A stretch of DNA of 53,590 nucleotides from a virus (IMGVR_UViG_3300046804_003838:1-53590); one strand, 5' to 3'. Shown: positions 28,283 through 37,403, counted from the first letter of the stretch. Notes: generated from the letters alone by a model not told the origin. Numbers and translations are program-made.

Positions 28283-28310
28283 AATTAAAACTCCTTGTTA
28301 CCTGTGAAAT

Positions 28311-30971
28311 TTACTTAATAAGACTACTCAACTGAATCTTGAACAGTTCAATCTGCTCATCATTCATACTTTCGACCCATATATTGCTACCCTTACCATA
28401 ATAATTATCAGCAAATTGAGAGATAGGATTATACTTGCTATCCAAATCTCTAAGATTGCCATTAATCTGGTTGCTTCCCATAATATACTTGATCATCGGG
28501 TTCCTGTCAACCTCGACTTTAAGATTTTTCTTGAGTTCTGCCATTTTGGTCAACTTATGCTTGATTGCTTTAGTCTCAGACTTAAACAATTTAACATACG
28601 ATTCAGCATCATCATGATGGGCAAACATCTCATGTTCAATCTTATTTACCAGAGTATTATACTGTACATTTTTCTTCTTGAGTTCCTTACTGTCAAGATT
28701 ATCAATGCCTCGATCCTTGAGCAAAGAGTTAATATGATCAAAATATTCAGTCTGAGAGAATCGCTTCAGATCAAAAGTTGCTCTGTGCATAGTATCAGCA
28801 AAGAATTCCATTACAAGAAAATTATCAATAACATTAGACAGTTCAGTATTCTTGATATATTTCTTATAGTCAAGACCAAAAATACTCAACATATGACAAG
28901 AAAATTGATTAACCAATGATCCGTGAATCCGATAATAGTTATGTTGATCATCATCTCTAGCAGCATACTCCTTTTTGTAGAATTCAACAATAGAGTTGTA
29001 TTCATTGGCACTATTGAAGTAGTCCTTAACATAAGTTGAAAGAATATTCTTTAGCCAAGTATTAAAGTCAGTAAGATTATATCCTTCATTTTGAAGTTTT
29101 GATACAAAATTACTCTTGATAGCATAAACCTTGACATTGCCAAATAGACTCTTGATATTTTCGTTACTAAACAATCCTACAATGTTACTAATCTTAGGAA
29201 ATTCTGGTGTGCTTTGATAACGCAAAATAGGAACGTAGATAATACTATCTTGGTCGATAAGTTCATCAAGTTCGTCACTCGTAAGAGTTTTCAGATTAAG
29301 AGCGTCATTATATTCTACACTAAGACTACCAGCATTTTTGGATGCTCCATTAATAAAGAATATATCTTGATCGCTAACACTACCCTTAGAATTTCTAACT
29401 CCAGTCTTTCTAGGCGAGTTGCTCTTAATCAAGTCCTTATAGTCGCTGACCTTCAGAATATTGTGACTACCAACATCTTCAATAAGTTTATCAAAACCCT
29501 CATTAGACTTTGAAATATCCTTACTGTCAATCATCAAGTAGGCAAAACAATCCTTCTCGTTACAATAACGAGTCACGATCTTCTTAGCGGTTTCTTCGCT
29601 CTTAATGTCACAAACAAAGAAAGCAAGTGGCCCAGTTTTACGCTGACTACTATAATAGTATTCACCCTTACCAGTAAGAGTATTATGGTGAAGATGATTG
29701 GTCATGTAAACCATGCGACGAGAACGATAGCCAGCACTTCTGTAGTTAAAAACATACAGAGCCTTTCCGGCAGGAATCTTATATTCAATATCCTCTCCGC
29801 TGTTGATATTGTGGGTCTTGCCATTACTATCGGTCCATGAAGCACCAACGCCCCATCCACCAGCAAGATCATTCAACTGATAATATGTACTGATTGCTTC
29901 GATTCTGGTTTTAGCAGCAGCAATCTTCTTGCTAAATTCTTCCTTCATCTCAAGATAAATACCCTGAGTCTTATCACGCAGGGCTTTAATGACAGCCTTG
30001 GTATACTGCAATCCTTCACGGGAAACATCCATCTCAAGTTCCCCGATACCAAAATCCAGTTCAAGATAAAGGTTCTGGTTAAGAATTTCTGTTACAAAAC
30101 TCTTCCAACTATCAATATCTGCCTTACCAAAGGCTCTATTCCACTTGGCAATATGCTCTGACTGTTCTACTTTTTGTTCTCCAACAAGTTGAGAGGCAAC
30201 AACAGGATACGCAATATTACCCATGAGAGCAACAATACCACTATCAATATGATGATATGTGCTAGGATAATGATTATGGTCATTAGAAAGTCGGCAGACC
30301 CTCCAACCTTCACCACTAATCACAATGTTCTTATTGCTATAAGCATGATCCTTGAGAGAAGGAATAACCCCACCTTCAATAATCGGCTTCATTCTAAAGT
30401 AATGAAAAATACGAATAGCCTTCTGACTAAATTCAGTAAAATCATACTGCTTAACAGCAAAACTAATCTCAAGACCATTAGGTTCGTCAGTTTCGCAGAC
30501 GTTAAACAGATTAAGAGTCGGCACACCATTATCATCAATGGCAGCAATATAAGTGTACTTTTGACCATTAAAATAAGAACTGGTCGTAAAACTCTTGGTA
30601 TAAGCAAAAGGACTCTTAGACCCTAGACCAAGACAACCAACAAAATCATTACTATCATTCTTGTTGGATGCACCATAGGTAGTGTAAAGGTTCTCCATAT
30701 CGGCCTGACTAAGACCAGTGCCGTAATCACGCACGATAAAATTCGGATTAGCAGCAGTAGGCAGCGTAACCTTAAAAGGATTCTTATTACCAGCACTAAT
30801 ATGACTGTCATAAGCATTGGTAGACAGTTCACGAATAACTGCCATCACCTTATCGGAATAAAGAGAGTCCGACAGAATCTTAAACATTTTGCTGGTTTGG
30901 GCAATCGTAAAACCCGACGCACTCTGAACACCAGCACTGTGAGTCTCAATAACACGGTCAGCCAACTTCAT
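28311..30971 (-). CDS. rIIA: rIIA-like protein (N-terminal GHKL ATPase)
   Basis: LSDSLYSDK.AVIRELSTNAYDSH, VRDYGTGLS, GCLGLGSKSPFAY, GEL....SRE.L. Confidence 0.88.
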   Translation of the reverse strand: MKLADRVIETHSAGVQSASGFTIAQTSKMFKILSDSLYSDKVMAVIRELSTNAYDSHISAGNKNPFKVTLPTAANPNFIVRDYGTGLSQADMENLYTTYGASNKNDSNDFVGCLGLGSKSPFAYTKSFTTSSYFNGQKYTYIAAIDDNGVPTLNLFNVCETDEPNGLEISFAVKQYDFTEFSQKAIRIFHYFRMKPIIEGGVIPSLKDHAYSNKNIVISGEGWRVCRLSNDHNHYPSTYHHIDSGIVALMGNIAYPVVASQLVGEQKVEQSEHIAKWNRAFGKADIDSWKSFVTEILNQNLYLELDFGIGELEMDVSREGLQYTKAVIKALRDKTQGIYLEMKEEFSKKIAAAKTRIEAISTYYQLNDLAGGWGVGASWTDSNGKTHNINSGEDIEYKIPAGKALYVFNYRSAGYRSRRMVYMTNHLHHNTLTGKGEYYYSSQRKTGPLAFFVCDIKSEETAKKIVTRYCNEKDCFAYLMIDSKDISKSNEGFDKLIEDVGSHNILKVSDYKDLIKSNSPRKTGVRNSKGSVSDQDIFFINGASKNAGSLSVEYNDALNLKTLTSDELDELIDQDSIIYVPILRYQSTPEFPKISNIVGLFSNENIKSLFGNVKVYAIKSNFVSKLQNEGYNLTDFNTWLKNILSTYVKDYFNSANEYNSIVEFYKKEYAARDDDQHNYYRIHGSLVNQFSCHMLSIFGLDYKKYIKNTELSNVIDNFLVMEFFADTMHRATFDLKRFSQTEYFDHINSLLKDRGIDNLDSKELKKKNVQYNTLVNKIEHEMFAHHDDAESYVKLFKSETKAIKHKLTKMAELKKNLKVEVDRNPMIKYIMGSNQINGNLRDLDSKYNPISQFADNYYGKGSNIWVESMNDEQIELFKIQLSSLIK

Positions 30972-31015
30972 TGTTTTTCTCCAAAAATCCTGTGAATCGT
31001 TCCTGTGATGCTTCC

Positions 31016-31043
31016 ATCATACCATACGTTATCGGCTTGTCAA
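31016..31043 (-). promoter_or_regulatory. early-type promoter of rIIA/B
   Basis: TTGACA-AGCCGATAACGTATGG-TATGAT (N16, TG extension). Confidence 0.75.
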
Positions 31044-31044
31044 G

Positions 31045-31281
31045 TCACCTTTCTTTAGATTCTATCGCCTTCCATCCTAAAAATGCTGTAAGGAGTCCAA
31101 AAAATCTTAGAAAATTTACTGGCAAGAAAAACCAATATAATCCAATTCCTATACTAAATAATCCCATAAACCATATAATTGGTCTTGGTATGTATTCTGA
31201 TTTACTTAATAGCCATGTTGCTGGCCCAAGCAATATTACAAATAATAGCATTAAACAAACCAATAATGCTAAACTAGCCAT
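31045..31281 (-). CDS. small multi-pass membrane protein
   Basis: Three hydrophobic segments. Confidence 0.65.
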   Translation of the reverse strand: MASLALLVCLMLLFVILLGPATWLLSKSEYIPRPIIWFMGLFSIGIGLYWFFLPVNFLRFFGLLTAFLGWKAIESKER

Positions 31282-31601
31282 TAATATCCATTCTCTGTAT
31301 CTTCTTCATCATCTTCATCATCATAATATTCGTCGTACTCTGATTGAATACCGTATGGATTCCATGATTCTTCTACTTCTTCATCAGTATCTAATTCTCC
31401 TTGATCTTCTGCTTCTTCTATAAAAACAGAAATAGTATTTAGAATTTCAAACATTCTATTTACAGTATCTTCCATACTGTATATTTTATCTTCTATATTT
31501 TTTATAGATTTTTTAACTTTTAATATGTCTTTTGAAATATTCAAATCACTATCTTGCATTTCTTTCATTAGATTCACTACGTCTGAATAATCATTAGACA
31601 T
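31281..31601 (-). CDS. acidic coiled-coil hypothetical protein
   Basis: 106 aa; preceded by GGTGTATA motif at 31643. Confidence 0.65.
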   Translation of the reverse strand: MSNDYSDVVNLMKEMQDSDLNISKDILKVKKSIKNIEDKIYSMEDTVNRMFEILNTISVFIEEAEDQGELDTDEEVEESWNPYGIQSEYDEYYDDEDDEEDTENGY

Positions 31602-31652
31602 ATTTTATACTCCTGATAAAATTATAAATAATCTCTTTTTTATACACCACCA

Positions 31653-32183
31653 CTAATAATTCCAACATTGGCATGAAAACTGATCACATAGGGTGCATTT
31701 TGGGCCTGGATTTTCATTACCCCAAGCATTACACAGTGGACTAAAACTTTCTTTTCCGGTATCAATACAAACCAATTTAGCCTTATTTTTTCTTTTAACA
31801 TATCCAAGATTATAATAATGACAGTCCCAAAATTTTAATTGAGTTTTTTCTTGAATATTATTTACTAGATTTTGTATCTCTTGAATTTTTTTACCAAAGG
31901 TTTTTTCTGTTAGCACTTTTGCTTTTTCGGTTATGAAGCCCCAATTAGTTTTATCTTTATAATAACCTAAATCTATATTTAGTTTACAAACTTTTCCTAT
32001 TACTTTGGGAGCCAAGCCCAAAGATGACAATAATTTTTGTTTTTGATAAGCATAATTGGCTTCTTTTTTAGAAGAGAATTGTTTGAATCCTAAATTTTTA
32101 TTTTTGTATATAGGATAAAACTCAGCACTACCGCCCTCATTGATAAAGTCTGATCTAATTATATATTTCATCTTCTTTAACAT
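31653..32183 (-). CDS. minimal protein-kinase-like protein
   Basis: EGGSA Gly loop, GFK, LAPKV, ITE, catalytic-loop DCHYYN, IDTG (DFG equivalent). Confidence 0.65.
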   Translation of the reverse strand: MLKKMKYIIRSDFINEGGSAEFYPIYKNKNLGFKQFSSKKEANYAYQKQKLLSSLGLAPKVIGKVCKLNIDLGYYKDKTNWGFITEKAKVLTEKTFGKKIQEIQNLVNNIQEKTQLKFWDCHYYNLGYVKRKNKAKLVCIDTGKESFSPLCNAWGNENPGPKCTLCDQFSCQCWNY

Positions 32184-32487
32184 TATTACCAGTTAACTGC
32201 TCAACAATATAAATGGCAACTTTTAAGTCTGGAGTTTCAAAGATTTTAATTGGCCCTCTTGGAATATCCATCTTAAATGTGGCATAGACGGCATAATACG
32301 GATCATCAACACCCATCAAATCTGTATTAAAATATTCCTCAAGACTATCTACTTCTTCTGGAATTGTGCCACCAGCATAGTCAGTAATGTCTCGCACAGT
32401 ATAAATATGATAATGAAGAATATGAGATCGTGGATTACCTTCATTAGAACACCAGCCTTTAAAGAGTCTATTTGGATAACTTACCAT
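32155..32487 (-). CDS. hypothetical protein
   Basis: 110-aa coupled ORF. Confidence 0.6.
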   Translation of the reverse strand: MVSYPNRLFKGWCSNEGNPRSHILHYHIYTVRDITDYAGGTIPEEVDSLEEYFNTDLMGVDDPYYAVYATFKMDIPRGPIKIFETPDLKVAIYIVEQLTGNNVKEDEIYN

Positions 32488-32767
32488 ATTTTTCTTTAAA
32501 CTCCTTTAAGTTGCAATATAATGGGATTAGAGTATTTTCGTCATGAAATCTATTATAGTGTAAAGTTAAATTATAAAAATCTCCACGATGATTAATGCTG
32601 GCCCAGGCAACATTTTGCATTTGTAAATCGTCTACTTGTTTTCGTAGTCTGTTAAGTTCATCTTTAGCATTGAGAATATTAAACTTGGTAAGAGTACAAT
32701 ATCCAGTATCAACTTCTGTTTCACAGCACTCTATAAGATGGTCAAGTGGATTTGAGTCTTGTTTCAT
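32468..32767 (-). CDS. hypothetical protein
   Basis: 99-aa coupled ORF. Confidence 0.6.
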   Translation of the reverse strand: MKQDSNPLDHLIECCETEVDTGYCTLTKFNILNAKDELNRLRKQVDDLQMQNVAWASINHRGDFYNLTLHYNRFHDENTLIPLYCNLKEFKEKYGKLSK

Positions 32768-33147
32768 TGGTTTTCTTCATCCTTCATTAGATACTCTATT
32801 GCTCTCCATAATCTTTCTTTATCATGATTAAAATTACCTATTGCCCTATTGCAATTATGGCATAAATGACCTCTAAATTTATCTGTTTGATCATTATGGT
32901 CTGCTGCCCATGTTCCTGCTCGTCCTCCAGTACCAGTTAAATCATGTTCTTTTCTATGGCATATAGGACAATAATAATCGTCTGGAGGATTCCCTGATTC
33001 TTCTTTAATTTTTTTACGAATTTTTGCTAACTTATAAGCACATTGTCTACATTCTGGTCTTTTATATTTTCCTCCGCCAGAAGGAGAAAAACATGATATG
33101 TCTAATTCTAGATGACACTTATTACATTTCTTAGTTTGTTTAGACAT
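32764..33147 (-). CDS. endonuclease VII-like protein
   Basis: CxxC...CxxC, CPIC, DH..T..FRGHLCHNCNRAIG. Confidence 0.8.
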   Translation of the reverse strand: MSKQTKKCNKCHLELDISCFSPSGGGKYKRPECRQCAYKLAKIRKKIKEESGNPPDDYYCPICHRKEHDLTGTGGRAGTWAADHNDQTDKFRGHLCHNCNRAIGNFNHDKERLWRAIEYLMKDEENQ

Positions 33148-33152
33148 AAATA

Positions 33153-33368
33153 TCAGACAAATCCGATTTTAGTTTTTTCTGCTACTGTAACTTCAATATC
33201 ATTGGATGAAAAGTGTTGTGTTGTATAAGAGCGACTGTTCCACCAGCCACATTCATAATTAACATTATTATCTCCAGTGATATGGATTCCAATAATAGTT
33301 GCATAAACATCATCAGCCAATTTGACCTTGCTGCCAATCTTATATAGTTCCAGAGTATTTTTGCTCAT
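33153..33368 (-). CDS. small SH3-like hypothetical protein
   Basis: KIGSKVKL...YECGWW. Confidence 0.6.
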   Translation of the reverse strand: MSKNTLELYKIGSKVKLADDVYATIIGIHITGDNNVNYECGWWNSRSYTTQHFSSNDIEVTVAEKTKIGFV

Positions 33369-33445
33369 TTATTTTCCTTGTTCTTAAAAGGTTTTGGTGT
33401 ATATCTATACTAGCGTTTGCTTTTTGAATGTCAAGAGGAGCGATT

Positions 33446-33904
33446 ATGAATAATAAAAATCATTATACAAAAGAAAATTTATCTAAAATTTGTTCAGAAT
33501 CTTTTAGTTATCGTCAATGTCTACAAAAAATGAATATCGCTCCAGCAGGAGGAAACTATGCCTGTCTAAAGAAACATATTAAATTGTATGATATTGATAT
33601 TTCTCATTTTACTTTACAGGGTTGGAATAAAGGTCAAAAATTAGGTCCAAAAAGATCTATTCAAGATTATCTTTCTAATAAACAAACTATACAAAGTTGG
33701 AAACTTAAAAAAAGACTAATCAAAGAACAAATTTTTGAACACAAATGTAATAACTGTAAACAAAAAACTTGGCTTAATCAAGTTATTCCTATTGAATTAC
33801 ATCATAAAGACTGTAATAATTTAAATAATACTTTATCCAATCTTGAATTACTTTGTCCTAACTGTCATGCTTTAACTGACAACTATCGTGCAAAAAATAA
33901 ATAG
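33446..33904 (+). CDS. free-standing HNH homing endonuclease
   Basis: Only credible plus-strand gene; GAGGAG SD before ATG 33446; CNNC...ELHHKD.N..NN...NL.LLCPNCH; stop abuts tRNA-Leu 3' end. Confidence 0.85.
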   Translation: MNNKNHYTKENLSKICSESFSYRQCLQKMNIAPAGGNYACLKKHIKLYDIDISHFTLQGWNKGQKLGPKRSIQDYLSNKQTIQSWKLKKRLIKEQIFEHKCNNCKQKTWLNQVIPIELHHKDCNNLNNTLSNLELLCPNCHALTDNYRAKNK

Positions 33905-34182
33905 TGGGGCTTGTGGGAATCGAACCCACATGGATTTCTCCGAGGGATTTTCTTACTACTATAGTTTTCACTACCCTTTCGGTTTGTAGTCTGGACTTTA
34001 TCTTAACCATAATTTTCATTTTAGGTTCCTGCCGTCAAGTCTCTACACCTTCATATTTCTATGCTTGGCTCGGTATTAGCAGTTAAGCCTTCACCGAATT
34101 TGACAGGTTCTACTATAAAGATTTCTCCTTATGCACTCAAATTGTATAAGTCCCTTGCGTCTGCCTGTTTCGCCAAAGCCCC
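33905..34182 (-). tRNA. trnL: tRNA-Leu(UAA), split by group I intron
   Basis: Exon 1 34182-34148 GGGGCTTTGGCGAAACAGGCAGACGCAAGGGACTT; exon 2 33951-33905 AAAATCCCTCGGAGAAATCCATGTGGGTTCGATTCCCACAAGCCCCA; GGGGCTT/AAGCCCC acceptor; long variable arm; spliced loop CU-UAA-AA; no encoded CCA. Confidence 0.92.
33952..34147 (-). mobile_element. group I intron (IC3-like, 196 nt, no ORF) in the tRNA-Leu anticodon
   Basis: Inserted after U34; ends in G; core elements CAAATTCGGTGAAG, GCTAATACCGAGCC, GTAGAGACTTGACG, AAGATAAAGTCC resemble trnL(UAA) introns. Confidence 0.88.
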
Positions 34183-34193
34183 ATTAAAGTAAC

Positions 34194-34259
34194 CGACTAC
34201 TATAATCACTGATTTGAGGTTGATTGTTGTGTGCCTCATCATATTAACTATAGTAGCCG
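34194..34259 (-). other. long imperfect hairpin upstream of tRNA-Leu
   Basis: 13-bp CGGCTACTATAGT/ATTATAGTAGTCG outer stem with inner TGAT/ATCA and GAGG/CCTC pairs. Confidence 0.55.
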
Positions 34260-34273
34260 ATCACTTATGATTG

Positions 34274-34555
34274 TCAACCGTTAGAATTAGCCTTGATCCT
34301 ACGAACCACTTCAGCCATAGCCTCGACATTATCCACTGTCTTAACTGGCTTTGCACGTTCCATAGTAGGAAGTTCAATACCCTTTTCCTTGAGAGCCTCC
34401 TTAGTACGAGCATATCGTGCCATTGTAGAAGCCACCTTCTGTCCAGTCTTGCTAGCAATCTCAGCATAAGTTCTGGAAGAATAAACAGCCTCAAGAAACT
34501 GCTCATCAGAGCAACGGACACGACTCTGCTTCTCAACCGTATTAACTTCACCCAT
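34274..34555 (-). CDS. small probable DNA-binding (HTH-like) early protein
   Basis: GGAGG SD before ATG 34555; TYAEIASKTG; no TTA or ATA codons. Confidence 0.7.
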   Translation of the reverse strand: MGEVNTVEKQSRVRCSDEQFLEAVYSSRTYAEIASKTGQKVASTMARYARTKEALKEKGIELPTMERAKPVKTVDNVEAMAEVVRRIKANSNG

Positions 34556-34632
34556 AATCAACCTCCAAATCATTTCCAATTATTATCAATTTGAGTCAGT
34601 CACGCGACTGATTGCCTCTCATTGACTCCTTC

Positions 34633-34660
34633 ATTCTATCCTGTGTTATCGACTTGTCAA
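34633..34660 (-). promoter_or_regulatory. early-type promoter
   Basis: TTGACA-AGTCGATAACACAGGA-TAGAAT. Confidence 0.7.
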
Positions 34661-34771
34661 CAGCCTTCCTTGAATTTTTTTTGCTTTACCAAAAATTTTT
34701 TCCCAATTTTGATCCCATGTGGCATTGTCCACAGTTTTAGGTCTTGATCTACTGCCTTTTCCATTAGACAT
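34646..34771 (-). CDS. small phage peptide (GKGS.xRP...NW..IF type)
   Basis: Manual: MSNGKGSRSRPKTVDNATWDQNWEKIFGKAKKIQGRLLTSR. Confidence 0.6.
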   Translation of the reverse strand: MSNGKGSRSRPKTVDNATWDQNWEKIFGKAKKIQGRLLTSR

Positions 34772-34773
34772 AA

Positions 34774-35478
34774 TTAATCCTCAAGAACAAAACTCCAGTA
34801 TCGACTATCTTCCTTCTTTTGCAGGGCATCCCAGTAGATCGACCGTGCAATATACGATGGAATCTTATTTTTACCACAATTAACCATCCAATGTCTCTCC
34901 ATCTTCTTATACATGGTAGAGCCGCTCTTGCTCTTATTATACTTCAAATGTTCCATATCGTAAAGTCGCAATTGATGAATATCTCCACACAATACTCGTG
35001 CCTCATTAGGATGGATCATTTCAAGAGCAAAACTAATTTTAGCCAGACCAATCCCACTGATCTTACTCAGAATACTGTCACGCTTCTTAACATGACCCTT
35101 CTTTGAAGTAAAATAAAAATCCTTTGGATTAGCCCAAAACTTCTGAGAAAAATCCCAAATATAATTAGTACGATTGTTATGAAGTCCTACTCCGCTCTTG
35201 TGAAGTTTATTTAGCAGAGTTTCCTTGCTGTCAATCCATTCGTTAAAGTTCTTGATGGCACTATATCCTGCACAATTGCCCTTCCATGTAGTATGAACGC
35301 TGCAATAGGCAAAAAGATAGCGACGAAAAATATCATCATTATTTTGAGGACGAACACTTTCCCAATATTCCTTGTAAGAAACTACCTTGTCTCGCGGAAA
35401 AGTTTCAAAGAAAATATCGGCCTTGCTCTTGTCCATAACATTCTTAATCGGTTCAGCGACAGTATTCTCAACAATCAT
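34774..35478 (-). CDS. HhH-GPD superfamily DNA glycosylase-like protein (Ogg-like)
   Basis: HhH motif ISGIGLAKISFAL followed by conserved Asp in CGDIHQLR; GGAGA SD before ATG 35478. Confidence 0.55.
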   Translation of the reverse strand: MIVENTVAEPIKNVMDKSKADIFFETFPRDKVVSYKEYWESVRPQNNDDIFRRYLFAYCSVHTTWKGNCAGYSAIKNFNEWIDSKETLLNKLHKSGVGLHNNRTNYIWDFSQKFWANPKDFYFTSKKGHVKKRDSILSKISGIGLAKISFALEMIHPNEARVLCGDIHQLRLYDMEHLKYNKSKSGSTMYKKMERHWMVNCGKNKIPSYIARSIYWDALQKKEDSRYWSFVLED

Positions 35479-35506
35479 AGTTTTCTCCAAAAGCGTGTAT
35501 GCTACG

Positions 35507-35535
35507 ATTCTACATTAGAGAGATCGGCTTGTCAA
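35507..35535 (-). promoter_or_regulatory. early-type promoter
   Basis: TTGACA-AGCCGATCTCTCTAATG-TAGAAT (N17). Confidence 0.7.
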
Positions 35536-36038
35536 GTACGCAAATTTAGTTTTTCTAAACGCCGGTTGTATCCTTCGATTCTTGTCATAATATTATTATA
35601 TTTAACGTGCAGTTCTGGAGTAGTGTCTCTATAATCATACTTATGTAATTGTGATAGTCTTGCATTGTCTCCAAAAACTAAAATATTTTTATTATTTAAT
35701 TGAATGGTTGAAATATCCGTATCAATCATATTTTGAGATTTAATCATAAAATCTATTTGATAAGTATTATAAATATATCTATGCAATAAATGTCCATCAT
35801 TTATATTCTTAAAAGAAGCAGTTCGTGTCAATGTATTTAATGGATCGTCTTTATTTATTTTCGCTTTATTACGGACACTCCAATACATATCATGTTCTAT
35901 AATAAAATCGAAATCTTGTACAAATTCATAATTTATATTAAAAAAATCAGCACAACTACCAGTTAGAATACATTTATAATTAAATATAAAAGAAACATAT
36001 TCAACTATATTATAAATTTCTTCTTTAGAAAGAATCAT
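35532..36038 (-). CDS. nucleotidyltransferase-like protein
   Basis: LTGS...DFD pol-beta-type motif. Confidence 0.5.
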   Translation of the reverse strand: MILSKEEIYNIVEYVSFIFNYKCILTGSCADFFNINYEFVQDFDFIIEHDMYWSVRNKAKINKDDPLNTLTRTASFKNINDGHLLHRYIYNTYQIDFMIKSQNMIDTDISTIQLNNKNILVFGDNARLSQLHKYDYRDTTPELHVKYNNIMTRIEGYNRRLEKLNLRT

Positions 36039-37339
36039 ACATCCCTACGAACTCCATGCAAAATCTTGAATGTGGGAAATCTTAAACTAATTCCACCATC
36101 TTGGTTTTTAGTTTCCTCAAAATATTGAACCGTGATAATTTTTCCAAGAATTTTACATGGATTGCAATAGAACTCCTGTCTCTGGTCAATAGAGAAACCA
36201 CTACCAACACGAACAATATGTTCTTTATGCTTAATCATTACGCAAGAAAGCATAGTTTCCTCATGCTCCTTACCGTCCAGTACATATCTAAATGGTCCCA
36301 TTTCAACATCAACTACTTCATATTCATCATCATTGAAACTTTTAAATTTCAAGAGGTCTTTGGATCGCTTGCCTTTATATGGCTCGTCAGCACGAAGCAT
36401 AAGACCTTCCCAGCCATATTCTTTTGCTTTTGCTGTCCACTCAGAAAAGTGATCATCATCTTTGATAAGTTCTTGACCAAGAACACTAAGACAAGTACAA
36501 GTATTGTTCCTCATAACTTCTCTTAGATTATTATAGCGATGAGTATAAGTTTTATTCTTATCTCCTTTCTTACTATAAAATTCATCGTGGCTAATCATAT
36601 CAAAAATTTTATATGATGGATTAGTAATAGTATGATCCTTCTTTTTCAGTTGCTTCATAATGCCCTGAAAATCCTCATTACCTTCATCATCCACAAGACA
36701 AAGTTCACCATCAAAAACTACGTTAGTAATGCCCAGATTCTTGATGCCAGTAGCAACAATATCAAGAGTATCAAACTCTTTTCCCGTACGGGAATAAAAG
36801 GTAGTGTTCCCGCTATTATCAACAATAGCAACGCATCTAGCACCATCAATCTTTCTGCTAACATACCAACTATCCTTCCAATGTACAAGTTTAGGCTCAT
36901 ACTTATCTGCCAGAGCAACACTAAACTCTGGAATATGGTCAGGAATAGCCTTATTAATAATCTTGTCACCAGCACGGGTTTTCAAATCTTTATCAACAAT
37001 ACAATAAATTAGTTGACTGAATTCATTATTCTCAATAAAAGTATTAACAGCACCAATAGCGTCGTGACCAGTAATCTTTCGATTTTTTAGATCATCAAGA
37101 AGGTCAAAAAGATTCTTATATTCTTTTCCGCGAAGATGACTTTTCTTTTGCAGATTATCGCTGGTCACATTATATTGCCAAAGCGGATGATAAGTATACA
37201 ACAAAATTTTCTTAGCAAAATTTGCTGACGATGTATTTTTACCACAATATTCTAGAATGATACCTTCCTTATCTTTTGTACTACTGGTATCTCTAAGGTC
37301 GCTAACCATGTTCCAAACATAATTAAAATCGTGAATCAT
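36035..37339 (-). CDS. lig: ATP-dependent DNA ligase
   Basis: KIDGAR, FDGE, FD, EGLMLR, LLKFK, VGSGF, SLRFP. Confidence 0.95.
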   Translation of the reverse strand: MIHDFNYVWNMVSDLRDTSSTKDKEGIILEYCGKNTSSANFAKKILLYTYHPLWQYNVTSDNLQKKSHLRGKEYKNLFDLLDDLKNRKITGHDAIGAVNTFIENNEFSQLIYCIVDKDLKTRAGDKIINKAIPDHIPEFSVALADKYEPKLVHWKDSWYVSRKIDGARCVAIVDNSGNTTFYSRTGKEFDTLDIVATGIKNLGITNVVFDGELCLVDDEGNEDFQGIMKQLKKKDHTITNPSYKIFDMISHDEFYSKKGDKNKTYTHRYNNLREVMRNNTCTCLSVLGQELIKDDDHFSEWTAKAKEYGWEGLMLRADEPYKGKRSKDLLKFKSFNDDEYEVVDVEMGPFRYVLDGKEHEETMLSCVMIKHKEHIVRVGSGFSIDQRQEFYCNPCKILGKIITVQYFEETKNQDGGISLRFPTFKILHGVRRDV

Positions 37340-37363
37340 TCCAATTTCTCCTAGTGTTTAGTC

Positions 37364-37392
37364 AGTATACCGCACAGGATCAGTATTGTCAA
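37364..37392 (-). promoter_or_regulatory. early-type promoter of ligase
   Basis: TTGACA-N17-TATACT; CCGATA lies just upstream of the -35 and ACTGAT in the spacer. Confidence 0.65.
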
Positions 37393-37403
37393 GTATCGGT
37401 AGT

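Noticed and set aside
27584-30995. Long plus-strand ORFs over rIIA/rIIB (and similarly over ligase, uvsE, guaC)
   Set aside because: Those checked (28416, 29214, 30174) are in codon register with the sense gene and arise from scarcity of TTA/CTA/TCA codons; no SD or motifs. Treated as shadows that support the codon-bias finding.
33904-34086. 60-aa plus-strand ORF
   Set aside because: Antisense to tRNA-Leu exon 2 and the group I intron; not protein-like
34261-34594. Alternative-frame and antisense ORFs over the 34274 gene
   Set aside because: The 34274-34555 frame has the GGAGG SD and coherent codon usage; the others are by-products
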